A stretch of 63,860 bases of DNA, filler included, from Bigelowiella natans CCMP2755 (taxonomy: Eukaryota > Protista > Cercozoa): assembly GCA_000320545.1 (NCBI GenBank). It is 5 parts of 5 records of this genome, joined end to end, with 100 filler letters (N's around TTAATTAATTAA, not from the genome) between each part and the next. Parts side by side here need not be neighbours in the genome. Positions count along the whole stretch, not along the records: positions 1 to 19,660 come from ADNK01001724.1; positions 19,761 to 27,993 come from ADNK01001942.1; 3 more parts are not named here. One strand, given 5' to 3'. How positions within the stretch are numbered: the stretch's first letter is position 1; every line of letters begins with the position of its first letter. Both the position numbers and the translations under genes were made by a program. Below are positions 14,353-25,429 of the stretch, piece by piece. The notes beneath the pieces were generated by a model, which was not told the origin of the DNA, ran no database searches, and saw nothing but the letters and a program-made list of their open reading frames with translations.

Positions 14353-16351
14353 GAGAGGATAATAAAAATCGAGAAAACTTGAAGAAACCGATACTGCGAT
14401 ACATTCACGAGTATTATCTTCCATTCTAGATTTATATAAAATGAATTTCGTGTTCTCCATCCATTTCTCTCCTCCTCGCCCTTCCTTGCTGTGCCGGTAC
14501 CGGATAAAGGCCCGTTAGAAACATATGCACTGGATAGATTCGCCGTGAATTCCGCCGTGTATGTTTCCCTAAAAGGAGTTAGGTAGGAATAGGAGTCCGC
14601 GTCAGCTTCAAGACTGCATATTGGGTATCAATCTAACATTCTGAATCTTGTCTAAACACTATAAACGCATCGTTGCCGCCAGCATTCAGTTCAGTGTTTC
14701 CATCATTTTCATTTGAAGTCACAATGCTTTCAGGCAAGTAGAGAGCATTGAGACCCTGGCTCTAAGAAAGCTTTGCCAACGAAAAGGTTCCTCTGAGCTT
14801 TTGATTCCGCGTCGAGGGCGACGTCCGCGCCGCCTCTCCCGGCCCTTGGCAGCCTAGTCAATGATTATATTCAGGATGCAAATCAGAAGCCAGAGGGCGA
14901 CGCGCCAAGATAATCCCCGGAACATTTCAAAGATACGTTTCTTCTGAAAAACAAGTTGTGTATCGCTCTAAAAAAGAGAGAGTTTGAAAAGGGAATGAGG
15001 GGATATATATGTATGTGTTCCTTGTTTCAAGCTTTCTCCCTCGATATTAGGTAGCAACAGGGAGAGACGGGGGACGGTTGAGGCAAGGATATCCTCACAG
15101 CGTCATTTACATATTACACCAATACATAAATACACGTGTACACGCACGAATGCGCGTGTATAATATCATCATCATCAGCAGCAGCAGCAGCAGCGTACAC
15201 CTTTTCAATCTCCACTGATAGCGGAAGGCTTTTCGTTGAGCCACAGAGATGTTTTGAGGGTCTGAATGCACGATATCCGCCAAAAGCCGATTCGTCTGCC
15301 CCACGCGGAAAAATGGAGACGGAACCCTGCATTTGTTGATATATGTATATGCATATGCGCTCGCGCTCGCGCGCGCGGGTGTGTGTGTGTGTGTGTGTGT
15401 ATGTGTGTGTACGTGTGAGATCGCTCTGGTACCGAAAATATCAAATGGCTCTAGTGCTGCGATAAGAAAGCTGCTCAACTGTGTTAGGTGATATCTCGTG
15501 TTTTGCATTAAAAAAGAACTTCCGGGGAACGCTACCGCACCAATCTCGTTTGACGGAGATAGAAAGAAGGGACGGCGTTGAGAAGGGAGGAGGAAAGTAC
15601 ATAGGGGTCAGTATCTACCCGAGAGAAATTGTAGGAGCTGGGCGAGAGGACAAGGAGAGGGTCTTTAATCGGCATATTGTGACAACGGGGAGAAGAGTTT
15701 CCTGCTGCAATACTGAGAGTAGAGAATATACAGAAAGACACCATTTTTTTTACATCAGCGTGCCCCACAGTTACGAATAGTTATGGATTAGCCGAATTTT
15801 GGGACTGATTATCGATTCTTGGGGAAAGCACGCATTATTCACTATCAGCGAGAGCAGGAAATGTGCATGCACGTAGACGAAGACGATCGGCGCCCCCATT
15901 TGCAACGCAGCGCGGGGAAGCGCAGAGAATGAATTTTATAAAAGCTCAAGTCGAGCGTTGAAGAGCTATCATATGAACGAACCAGCACATCCATGGAAGG
16001 CCAAGTCTCCTCCAGTAACACCGATGAGATTTGTGAGATTTTCTTTGCTTAACGTCAGCTGATGGCCGACACTGGAAAGACGGAAGAAAACGACTAGATG
16101 TTCAATAATATACTGCAGATCTTCTAGTTGCGAGCATGTGTGTATCTTCATTGGGGACTACCGACTCTGACAATCTACACTGAAAAAAGGAGAAAGAAGC
16201 TGTTCAAAGATCACCTTAGATTCTGCGCCCCGACTCTCCAGAAAATGGCCTGCGTCTGTGTCTTTGCGCACGGCGTTTCTAGGAAAAACGTGAAGGTACT
16301 AAAGATCCATCCTTCCGTCGGCCCTGTTGTGGATATGTGAGTATGTGCATA

Positions 16352-16398
<47 letters not shown>

Positions 16399-16637
16399 CT
16401 GTGTGTGTACGTGTTTGTGAGTGTACGCTCTCTTCCTACCTACCTTTAACAGTGACGCATTGATCGAACGTGACAGTGGGGCTGCTGGTTGGAGAGCCTG
16501 TGGTAGGACTCGTAGACGGAGACACGCTTGGGCTGCTAGTCACGTGCATTGTTGGGTTCGGCGTGGAGGGAGAAGTGGTTATAGGGTGCCGAGATGGGGC
16601 CAAACTGACTGGCGAGAGCGATGGCGTTTCCGTTATC

Positions 16638-16683
<46 letters not shown>

Positions 16684-16700
16684 GTTAAAGAGAACTGTTC

Positions 16701-16733
<33 letters not shown>

Positions 16734-16997
16734 AAAACTTATACGTAAGGCCATAATTACAGGAGCCTCGGTGATAGGAGTAGAGGACGGTGATACGGAT
16801 GGACAAATGGATGGGGCGTGCGTCGGGCAGCTACTGGGACAAACGCTCGGTGATAGAGACTGAGTGGTCGTTGGGTTTTGAAATAATGTGAGGGAGAATG
16901 CGAAAAGTAACTAGTGACGCTGCTTTTGTTTTAGAAGGGAGAAGCATTACTAGACAAGACCACGCATGTATACATATTCCGTGTATATGATCCAATA

Positions 16998-17035
<38 letters not shown>

Positions 17036-17116
17036 TTCTCTCTCTCCTTTAATTCTTGTGCACACCATACTTATTGTGTGCAATGAGATCGATCGATACG
17101 ATTCATCACCATCGCT

Positions 17117-17151
<35 letters not shown>

Positions 17152-18164
17152 TATCACAACACCGGGCAGCTAGAGGGGGCCATAGTCACAGGAGCGCTCG
17201 ATGGACACCCGCTGCTCGGCGAAGTCGTTGGAGTCAGCGAGGAGGGCGAGGCTGATGGAGAAGCAGTTAATAGGGAAGGAGAGCCCGACGGGCACAGCGA
17301 AGGCGACGATGTTGGCAAACTTGTGGGGGAGTCGGTTGAGATACTCTGGCCTGGGCTGTTTGACGGAGCGGAACTTGGGGAGGCTGTCTCTGTGTGGTTT
17401 GTGGGAGGAAGGGAGGAGGGGCAAGTTAGGTTGTTTCGTGGGCGCAACTAAGTGCTATGCAAGAACGATAAGGAATGCTGAAGATAACACCCGCAGCTGG
17501 TGATGGCATGCCGAAAGGAATCGTAAAATTCGCACACACAACGATTGGTTCGATCAACGCCAGAAACAACGTCTTTAAGCACGCGACGTACAAGCCTCAG
17601 ATACCATACACGTGCTGGTGTGGTTCTTCGCATGAAAAGCATGCAAGTAGCATCAGCAGCGAGTGACAGCAGGACTGTTTCACCTAGGAAAGGGCTTATT
17701 GAAGGGCTGGATGTAGGTGTCGTGGAGGGACATTGCGTCGGCTCAGCCGTTGAAACCGAAGGTGACGCAGTAGGTGCGAGAGAAGGAGAAGCGGACGGGC
17801 TGCTTGTCGGCAAAGTAGATGGCGAGGCGGTTGGAGTGGTTGCAGGGCTGCTGGAGGGTGTTGATGAGGGGGCAGATGTCGGTGATGTGGAAGGAGAGTG
17901 TGAAGGGCTGCTGGAGGGTGTTGGTGAGGGGGCAGATGTCGGTGATGTGGAAGGAGAGTGTGAAGGGCTGCTGGAGGGTGTTGATGAGGGAGCAGATGTC
18001 GGTGATGTGGAAGGCGTCGTTGTCGGTGTTGTTGTGGGCGTTGTTGTGGGCGCCGTTGTCTTGTTTTTATCGACCAATGGTAAGAGATACGTACAGCAAT
18101 ACAATGCATGAGTAGGGGTTTATCAAGAGCAGAAAGAGGGGTGGGGCGTTGGAAGAAAGACACA

Positions 18165-18220
<56 letters not shown>

Positions 18221-19085
18221 AAGTGAAAGGAAAATCTTGACAACTAAATTTTTGACTGATACCGGGGAAGGACTAACGATATTTTTCTCTATCCTCCTGA
18301 CAGCCCGATTTCCCTGACAGCACGATGGAAGATCGTATTGAGCCCAAACACGTCACGTATGGGTGCAAACACAAGTACCAACTACGCACAAGGACAACTA
18401 GATACACATATTTAGACGGAGCTCGCCCGAGAGAAGATTGCTCGTTTTGCGGGTTTTTGTTTGTTAGCGCAAAGCAGCTTGGGATGACCGTGTCGGCAGC
18501 GAAGAGAATAGGGAGAGTCGTGATGTTTCCGCATGCAATTCCTGCCCAGGCATGATGTAGTGAGAGAAGGGTGGGGGAACAATTCTATAAAAAAATACAT
18601 TGATTTATCTACGTCGTAGGAAAGTGACTGGTAGGGGTTGAAGGGGAGGGGGGGCGTCGCAAATTGCAAATTCGTTTGATGACCTTGAATTGTGTTGAAT
18701 TGCACATTTGTGCCTATTGAAAGAAGTGAATTATGCGTTCGTATTAGACACACACTGCTTTGCGAGCGGCAAGGGAATATATAGAATCATGAATGGGAAC
18801 ATTTCTGGAGAGGTGATACGAGTGGGTAGCTCACCGATGCCGTCTTTGTAGCCAGAGACGCCATACTGTCCCACACTCTTTGGCGAGCCATAAAATCATA
18901 TGAGAGTTGGAAAGACAAAGCACATGCAGCCATATCGATATATTCGTAGTCGTGGAACAAACAGAACATGAAACACTACCGCATGGAGAGCATCATGCAT
19001 CAATGGTAGTTGTCGGTATACCAGATATGTTGTTTGTGATGCCGTATCAATAGCCCGGACTTGCGACCCACCCTGATGGATACAA

Positions 19086-19122
<37 letters not shown>

Positions 19123-19258
19123 GCACAAATGCACATGCAGAATTCACTTATCAACACGTTTATGATGACGCCTTTATCATGTGTCTTCTCTGTTGCTGGT
19201 GAAGCATCATTCATTACTGTCTCGGTGATGTAGATCCAAGGGGTCGGATTCCCAAGGC
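3712..19258 (-). CDS. Large multi-exon adhesion-GPCR/polycystin-1-like receptor: NHL repeat(s), S/T/P stalk, REJ/PKD-like region, GPS motif, 7 TM helices, cytoplasmic tail; probably 5' partial
   Basis: NHL-like exons: GQYGVSGYKDGIG / TNVQFNTIQ / ILFAADT / GNRAVRRI (18285-18880). S/T/P repeats at 16450-18060. VLDASEASDPDE (~14100) and SPTSGVGFRDRFTI..LPLLY..TVLPPG..VEIKDSIG (12250-12960) are REJ-like. CGFWNTTTMEWSDEG and VCTPLTEFA (8073-8407) are GPS-like. Seven hydrophobic exons lie at 5810-7780, e.g. WVFLAFCVVYLIVLAY and LPYTLCYWLFSFMAFQW. Stop at 3712. Confidence 0.7.
17845..18014 (-). repeat. 60-bp coding minisatellite (~2.8 copies) in the mucin-like stalk
   Basis: Lines 17881, 17941 and 18001 repeat with a 60-nt period and encode PSTSPTSAPSSTPSSSPSHS units. 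Confidence 0.9.
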
Positions 19259-19510
19259 CTATACATATTCTGAGGGGGGAAGGGAGGAAGAGGAAAAAAC
19301 GAATATAAATCGAAGCGTAGACTATCACATATTATATATGTAATTATAAATATATATTTTTATTTATTTATATTGCCTGAAATTAATAGGTTGTAAGAAA
19401 TGCAATCGAGCACTAAGGTACGGGTGTGTATATGTAAGCTCGATTAACAACTCAATGCTAGTAACTCAAATGAAGAAATATGTTGTTGATTCGTACAACC
19501 CGTGCGGAGT

Positions 19511-19650
19511 TCTGAATTCTGAACTAAGTGCAGCTCCATCTCTGAGCCCTTCCTATTGACGTTTATAATTGTATGAAGAACCAACTTTCTGATCCATAAA
19601 CTCAATATGCCTCCCCTCGAGACGGAGCTGCACTTAGTTCAGAATTCAGA
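19511..19650. mobile_element. 140-bp MITE-like element with 32-bp terminal inverted repeats and AGT target-site duplication
   Basis: TCTGAATTCTGAACTAAGTGCAGCTCCATCTC (19511-19542) is the reverse complement of 19619-19650 with 1 mismatch. AGT flanks both ends (19508-19510, 19651-19653). Confidence 0.8.
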
Positions 19651-19660
19651 AGTGGGATCC

Positions 19661-19760
19661 NNNNNNNNNNNNNNNNNNNNNNNNNNNNNNNNNNNNNNNN
19701 NNNNTTAATTAATTAANNNNNNNNNNNNNNNNNNNNNNNNNNNNNNNNNNNNNNNNNNNN
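19661..19760. other. Artificial contig linker (N44-TTAATTAATTAA-N44)
   Basis: Identical 100-nt spacer with six-frame stops occurs four times. Confidence 0.98.
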
Positions 19761-20175
19761 ACAAAATTGGTCTCTCTCTCAATTCAACGGTATATCATAT
19801 TTCCTGGACATATGTCTTATCAAGACAGAAGTAGACACATGCAGTGAGGAGCATGCACGGAAGCAGTGCGTGGTAGTATCTATAACATTCTATTCAAAGG
19901 CGGTGCCAGTTATATCACATACTATAGATAGATGGCAAGCAATAAAAGCACAGATGTGAGAAAGGCATAATGAAAGGGCAAAAGAAACAATGGGGTCATG
20001 ATAGTGTAATCATGTTTAGCAGGGGTGTCAGTGCTATAATCATAAGTGATAACTGCGTTATTTAGGCCATATGTGTGTGTGTGTAGTTGGGGGGGGAGGG
20101 TTGTGTCGATACGCTTTTCACGTACATTTGATTCGTCCTTCGGCGCGCTATCTATCTCCCAGAACGACAACTTAG

Positions 20176-20959
20176 GGATGCTGCCAACAGCAAAAGCAGC
20201 GCCCCCATCCTTGTCTCCGGCTATGCAGGACATGCTGCGAGGACAGCAGAAGTAGCAGAGGGGGTGGGAAGACGGGGGCTCTATGCTCCGTCTTCTCTAC
20301 CCTCGCGTGCAAAATATAGCCGTGTGGTACAAGATCGCTTCCTTGGTGGGCGAGGCGAGGAAGGTACAACGGCGGTAGCGTCCATTGCAGATGTCTCCAA
20401 CCACGCAGAGCAGCAACAAGTTCCCACCCCCTACGACAACGCCGCAGGCGAGGGGGGGGGGTCATACTGGAGAGATATTGTGTATCGCGACACCCGGGAG
20501 AGACCCCACACACCGTCGCGCGTGTATTATGCAGACGCAAGTGGTGGCGGGGATGGGGGCGATTCCGCTTCCGCGGCGTCGCCTCCGGTTTCAGTGATTG
20601 CTAGCGCCCACAGCAGCGCAAAGGATGCGGACTACATCAACGCGCTGAGGGACATTGCAACGGATAATGACGATGTCGATGACATCGTTGCGGCTGCGGA
20701 AGGTGTCGTAGGAAAGGGGGGTAGAAGCACCCGCGTCTCCCTCACTGATGACGACGAAGATGCTGGCGGCGTGACGATTGCTGGCAGCACCAAGGCCCCC
20801 CGTTATTCCGCCCCTCCCCTCTCCGCTCGGGATGCGACGGAAGAAGTATTTCATCATAGGAGAAACATGAGGCGGGCGGACGATGCGGACGATAAGATCG
20901 TGCCGATAGAGAACGGACTAGCAGCTGAGAATTATGGCACTCCAGAGATTAGAGGATGA
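20176..20959 (+). CDS. Probable terminal exon of an unknown gene (disordered D/G/A-rich tail), 5' partial
   Basis: Open frame of ~260 codons after a TTAG acceptor, GC-rich and coding-like. No recognisable motif. Confidence 0.5.
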
Positions 20960-21050
20960 TCGTTCATGCCACTTGTCGCTTAGAGTCGATATTGCTTTCA
21001 GGATACGTAACCGCGATGTTATTTTTTTTTCTAAATGTATAATCGTTTGT

Positions 21051-21094
<44 letters not shown>

Positions 21095-21109
21095 TCTCTC
21101 TCTCTCTAT

Positions 21110-21144
<35 letters not shown>

Positions 21145-21199
21145 GCTGAACGGCAGCAGGGGGATAACAGAAGGGATAATTCAAATTCCCATGCATGCG

Positions 21200-21800
21200 A
21201 TGGAAAAGGTTTACGCAACTATAACATATGATAAGCACAGATTGCTGACATGCCATTCTTCTTTCCGAGATCTCATGTTACGTCTAGCAGCATTGGGCCA
21301 CGTGTTTGCTAGCTGCGCGCACTTTCGCAAGGCAGGGTGTGGATGCATTCGCCCGTGCGCGTTTCACACATCTCAATAACACAAAGCGTGCAAGGCTCAT
21401 TGCATCTGTGCTTAGTGCACACATGTGCATGTATTTGAAGAAGCACAATCTAGACAATATCAGCATGTCAGCATGATGCTCATTAGTTGCTACACGGCAA
21501 CAGTAGTAGCGCCTGCTGCTCCCCGTCTAGCCGTACTATGTGATCTCTGTCTACCAGCAGACTAGTAGAGAGCCAAATAATGTGATGTCATGTGTTGCGC
21601 GCAGCGCTAAATGTTGGCATCAAGATTGGCGATGTGGAAAGCAGCAGCAGCAAATTCGCGACCTTTGTGCTGCCACGCTTGTACGACAATAAGGGAAAAT
21701 GGCGCGTGGCAAACGTACAACAATCTGGCACCCTATTCATGCAATCAATCTGCTGCAACCGGAGCATATCCATCTATACGCCGCAAGCGCGAGTGTGGGC
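21200..21800. other. CC/GG-poor, TGCA/CTAG/GCAGC-rich tract between convergent genes
   Basis: Same composition as 3000-3660. Lies between the stop at 20959 (+) and the ALG13 stop at 21857 (-). Confidence 0.7.
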
Positions 21801-21856
21801 AGGGTTTCATTCATGCTTATTGATCTCGGTCCCTGCTATGTTCGTGTCCTCCTCTA

Positions 21857-22779
21857 CTATGTTTCATCAACAAACCCAAGCTCTTTATCTAACAACACAG
21901 CAAAGGCTTTCGCATCTGGCTTGGGGTATGGCTTGAGTTTCCTAAAATTTGAAGTCGACAGCTTCTCCAAGACGCCTTTTACATTTGTCCAGAACAGATA
22001 TCCCTACAACCGCACGGGACGAATGTCAGTTATATATTCTTTCCGTTTCTACCAATCTCGCCTTCGCTGTGCCTAGGCAGACGTACGTGCTCGCATATAT
22101 GTGTGTACGTGAGAATCGCAACCTCGCTACACATGGCCTCTGCTAGCTCGATCTGGTGATTATCCATGAGAGTCTCGTTCACAACGACGAGAAGAGGTTT
22201 CTGAAGAAAGTTATCAGTAATGTCAGTTGTAATGCGATCTCATCGAACCCTACCGCTATGTTGTAGTTGTACCTTCAGATGAAGAGTCTCGGTGATAGAT
22301 CCTGCCCCAGCGTGGCTGATAACCAGAGAGGAAGCTGCTAATATTTCCTTAAACTTGGGTGTAAACTCAAAGGCCTGTCGTAAGAAAAATGACTTACAAT
22401 TCATAATCGCCATCATGAAGCGTCACTGGATGTTTTCCACACGCACACTCGGGCAGTTCGTTTACTATCATACGACGCGTTTCATGTGTATGCATTATAT
22501 GGAAAGTGCGCGCTCCACAAACCTCAAATTGAACTTTCCGCTCCTTGCATAGTTTGCGAAGAGTATCGAAATTCTGTGTTGTCTTCCCGTACTGAAAGTA
22601 CAGCTTCTTCACCGTTCCTATGCCATTAGAAACCCACTTAGCTCACGGTACCCTCTGACGAAGTCTCATTGTGGGGAAGTGCTCACCAAGTTCTTTCTCC
22701 AAGATGTCGAGAAACTCGCTCGCGTTGTCGTCAAGGTGCTGTGTCAGGGCTTCGAACTTGGTCGAGCCCTAGAGAAAGT

Positions 22780-22817
<38 letters not shown>

Positions 22818-22921
22818 AAGTCTTGACAGGGCCACCCCGGGTTGTTTTACAAGTCAAATAAATGCTGTAGAGGAAGGGGGGGGGAAGCTGAAACTTGTAC
22901 CACAGTGACTAAGCACGCCAT
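21857..22921 (-). CDS. ALG13: UDP-GlcNAc transferase catalytic subunit ALG13 (GT28 C-terminal-like), multi-exon
   Basis: Spliced: MACLVTV|GSTKFEAL..ELG|VKKLYFQYGK..|..LAASSLVISHAGAGSITETL..|KPLLVVVNETLMDNHQIELAEAM|..KPYPKPDAKAFAVLLDKELGFVDET*. Contains the diagnostic VTVG.T.F, SHAGAGS and LMDNHQ.ELA motifs. Confidence 0.93.
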
Positions 22922-23418
22922 CGCTGCGGCGGCGGGAACTGGGTGGTGGGAAAATTTCACGAGAAATATTCAGAATTTCAATTCAAATTAGAAAATATTC
23001 CCATCAAATTATGGTCTAATAGTCGGCATCTTTGCAAGTCGAGGGTAGAAATCTGCTGCTGTTTTGATTTCTATTTTTCATGATTCAAAAATAAAGGTAG
23101 TTTTTTTTCGCATAAAATATTTTCTAACTCGCAACGCTTCCAGAACATACTCGGGGTGGCGCCGAAGAGTGCTCCTACTTTAGAATTTTTTTATATCAAT
23201 AATCCAGTATAAACTCGAGAGTTATTAAACATTGGAAACTCACCACGTGAAGCGAAAAGTTCTCACATCGTTGTACAAATATGTGATATTATATAAGTTT
23301 TTTTTTCGATAAATAATTAATCGTAAGCACATATTCGAGAACAACCGAGACAACAAATCGATACTGATGACGTCCGCCGGAGCAATGGCGCATATCTAGT
23401 GGGGCGAGGAGAGGGGGA
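22922..23418. promoter_or_regulatory. Putative bidirectional promoter between ALG13 and the O-fucosyltransferase
   Basis: ~500-bp AT-rich interval with A/T runs between divergent start codons. Inferred from geometry only. Confidence 0.5.
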
Positions 23419-25221
23419 ATGCGCTTGGGCAAAGCGAGGAAGAAGAAGCCAGTTCGCTACAATAGAAGGACCACTCATAGTTCTCATCACGTGGTGCGTC
23501 GATTCTGCAATCAATGCTGCCTACCAGCGCTCTACGTCGTCGTAGCGTTGATGATAGCCAGCCAGCTGTACCTCTACACGTACGATTTTGACGGCGTCTC
23601 CAAGAATGGAGATCGGGGAGAGCGGCGACGAGGCATTCGGAGCCTCAGTAAGCCATCGCCATCTGCCGATGTTACCATAGGCGTGAGGAAGAATATCGAC
23701 GGCAGCCGCAACGAAGCTGCAGAGAACTGCCATGACGATGACCAAAAGTTGCAGCACCGAGCCATGCAGCTAGGGTTCTCTGTTGATTCCTGCAAAGGAG
23801 CCGCTTCGTACTGCTATGGAAGCCCTTATAGCAGGGAGATGAGACAGCTTTGCCCGAAGACGTGTAAGGTTTGCACGGAAGAGGGCAGCGCAAACGGTGC
23901 CGCGAAAAGCCCCTCACCAGAAGCAAAGCACCATCTGACCCCATTGATGAATTGCGGCGCAGATGCCGAAATGATGGCTTTTTGGAAATCAGCAACAGAA
24001 CGCGACCTGAGCTACGTCTCTCCTTTCAAGAGCCTAGGAAAGTTTGGCGCAGAAGAAAAGTACGTTTCATTCGAGTACGACAATGGCGGTTGGAACAACA
24101 TCCGCATGGCCATGGAGACCAGCCTTGTGCTCGCCATGGGGATGGGCCGAACGCTAGTTTTGCCCCCGGAGGCGCAGCTCTATCTGCTCAACAAAGATGC
24201 GTCGTGGCGAAAGCACTCGTTTGACAGCTTCTTCGAGATCCAAGCGATCCAATCGATGTATCCCGACCGAATCATCACTTTCGAGGAGTTTCTCTCACGG
24301 CGCCTACCGGACCACATACCAAAGCCAAAGAAGTCCCTCCAGGATCTTGTCCGCACGCACCAGCAGCATAGCGGGGAGGCGTACAACTACCTCAGGTCGA
24401 TCGCGGTAAATCGAGAGTGGGGCGCCAACGACTGTGCGGTGTTCTACGACAGCCCAAGTCGAAGATCTGTCGGAGAAATGCCGCAGGAGGTTCAGCAAAG
24501 CATGCGGCGCTTTTGCGGGTCCAGGACGCCGAGGGTCTACGACGAGGAGATGCAGAATTCCTTCCTGGTCCACTTCCCCGTGGACCTGGGGAAGGATTCT
24601 CGCCTGCTGGCGCACTTCTACGCGTTCGTCTTCTTCGGCGACCCGGAGATGGACAGGTGGGCGAAGCGTTTCGTGCGAGATAGCCTCCACTACAAATCCC
24701 AGATCTTCTGCCAGGCGCACAAGGTTGTCGCCGCCTTGATGGAGGAGAGCGGGGGGCGGGGGTTCAACGCGTTCCACATTCGGCGCAACGACTTCCAGTA
24801 CAAGGACGCCTGGCTCTCCGTCCCCCAAATTATGGACGTCACGAATGACGTGATCGACAGCGGCTCGCTGGTGTACATAGCCACCGACGAGCAAAACCAC
24901 GCCATGTTTGAGCCGATGCGGAAGAGGTACAACGTGCGCTTCCTCTCCGACTTCCTGGACAGGGGGCTGCTCAAGGGGGTGAATAAGAATTGGTACGGCA
25001 TGATCGAGCAGATCGTCTGCTCCCACGCGGACAAGTTCGTCGGGACGTGGTGGTCCACGTTCACGGGGTACATCAACCGGATGCGGGGCTATTTCGGCCG
25101 CGACAAGCAGAGCTGGTACTACCCTCGCAACTGGAAGTATGAGATGCAAGCGTTCAGGTCTCCCGACGGGCAGACGGGCTGGTGGAGGGAGTGGCCGACT
25201 GCATGGACGGACATTGATTGA
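23419..25221 (+). CDS. Type II membrane GDP-fucose protein O-fucosyltransferase-like protein (POFUT/GT65-68 fold) with ShKT domain; intronless
   Basis: N-terminal TM helix. ShKT-like C..D...SCKGAASYC...MRQLCPKTCKVC. O-FucT motifs GGWNNIRM, GRTLVLPP, FHIRRNDF, YIATDE and IEQIVCSHADKFVGTWWSTFT. Confidence 0.88.
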   Translation: MRLGKARKKKPVRYNRRTTHSSHHVVRRFCNQCCLPALYVVVALMIASQLYLYTYDFDGVSKNGDRGERRRGIRSLSKPSPSADVTIGVRKNIDGSRNEAAENCHDDDQKLQHRAMQLGFSVDSCKGAASYCYGSPYSREMRQLCPKTCKVCTEEGSANGAAKSPSPEAKHHLTPLMNCGADAEMMAFWKSATERDLSYVSPFKSLGKFGAEEKYVSFEYDNGGWNNIRMAMETSLVLAMGMGRTLVLPPEAQLYLLNKDASWRKHSFDSFFEIQAIQSMYPDRIITFEEFLSRRLPDHIPKPKKSLQDLVRTHQQHSGEAYNYLRSIAVNREWGANDCAVFYDSPSRRSVGEMPQEVQQSMRRFCGSRTPRVYDEEMQNSFLVHFPVDLGKDSRLLAHFYAFVFFGDPEMDRWAKRFVRDSLHYKSQIFCQAHKVVAALMEESGGRGFNAFHIRRNDFQYKDAWLSVPQIMDVTNDVIDSGSLVYIATDEQNHAMFEPMRKRYNVRFLSDFLDRGLLKGVNKNWYGMIEQIVCSHADKFVGTWWSTFTGYINRMRGYFGRDKQSWYYPRNWKYEMQAFRSPDGQTGWWREWPTAWTDID

Positions 25222-25353
25222 TTGAAAACGGATGGATCCGAACGAAGGGGTGTCGCGTGAGGGGGTGGGGAGTGCGATGAATAGAATCATAGGCTTGGCT
25301 GGGTCGTGCGAGGAGACTCAAAACAACGTCGGCTCTTGACCATTAAAAACTGT

Positions 25354-25381
25354 CTCCGGCTGCACGCCCGTGCAGCCGGAG
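25354..25381. other. Perfect GC-rich hairpin (12-bp stem, 4-nt loop) downstream of the O-fucosyltransferase
   Basis: CTCCGGCTGCAC-GCCC-GTGCAGCCGGAG. Confidence 0.8.
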
Positions 25382-25429
25382 CGACGCACTTCGTAGATGT
25401 GTATGGGCATGGCTTGATATGAAAATGGC

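Noticed and set aside
150-16863. Many short ORFs with HTHT/YIYI/ERER/CVCV runs
   Set aside because: Translations of intronic dinucleotide microsatellites.
17545-18181. Overlapping G/V/E-rich and H/P-rich ORFs
   Set aside because: Alternative frames and strand of the S/T/P stalk repeat.
19661-19760. Recurrent TTAATTAATTAA palindrome within N runs (four times)
   Set aside because: Artificial concatenation linker; adjacency across it has no biological meaning.
24304-25290. 328-aa antisense ORF
   Set aside because: Shadow of high GC3 in the O-fucosyltransferase; no motifs.
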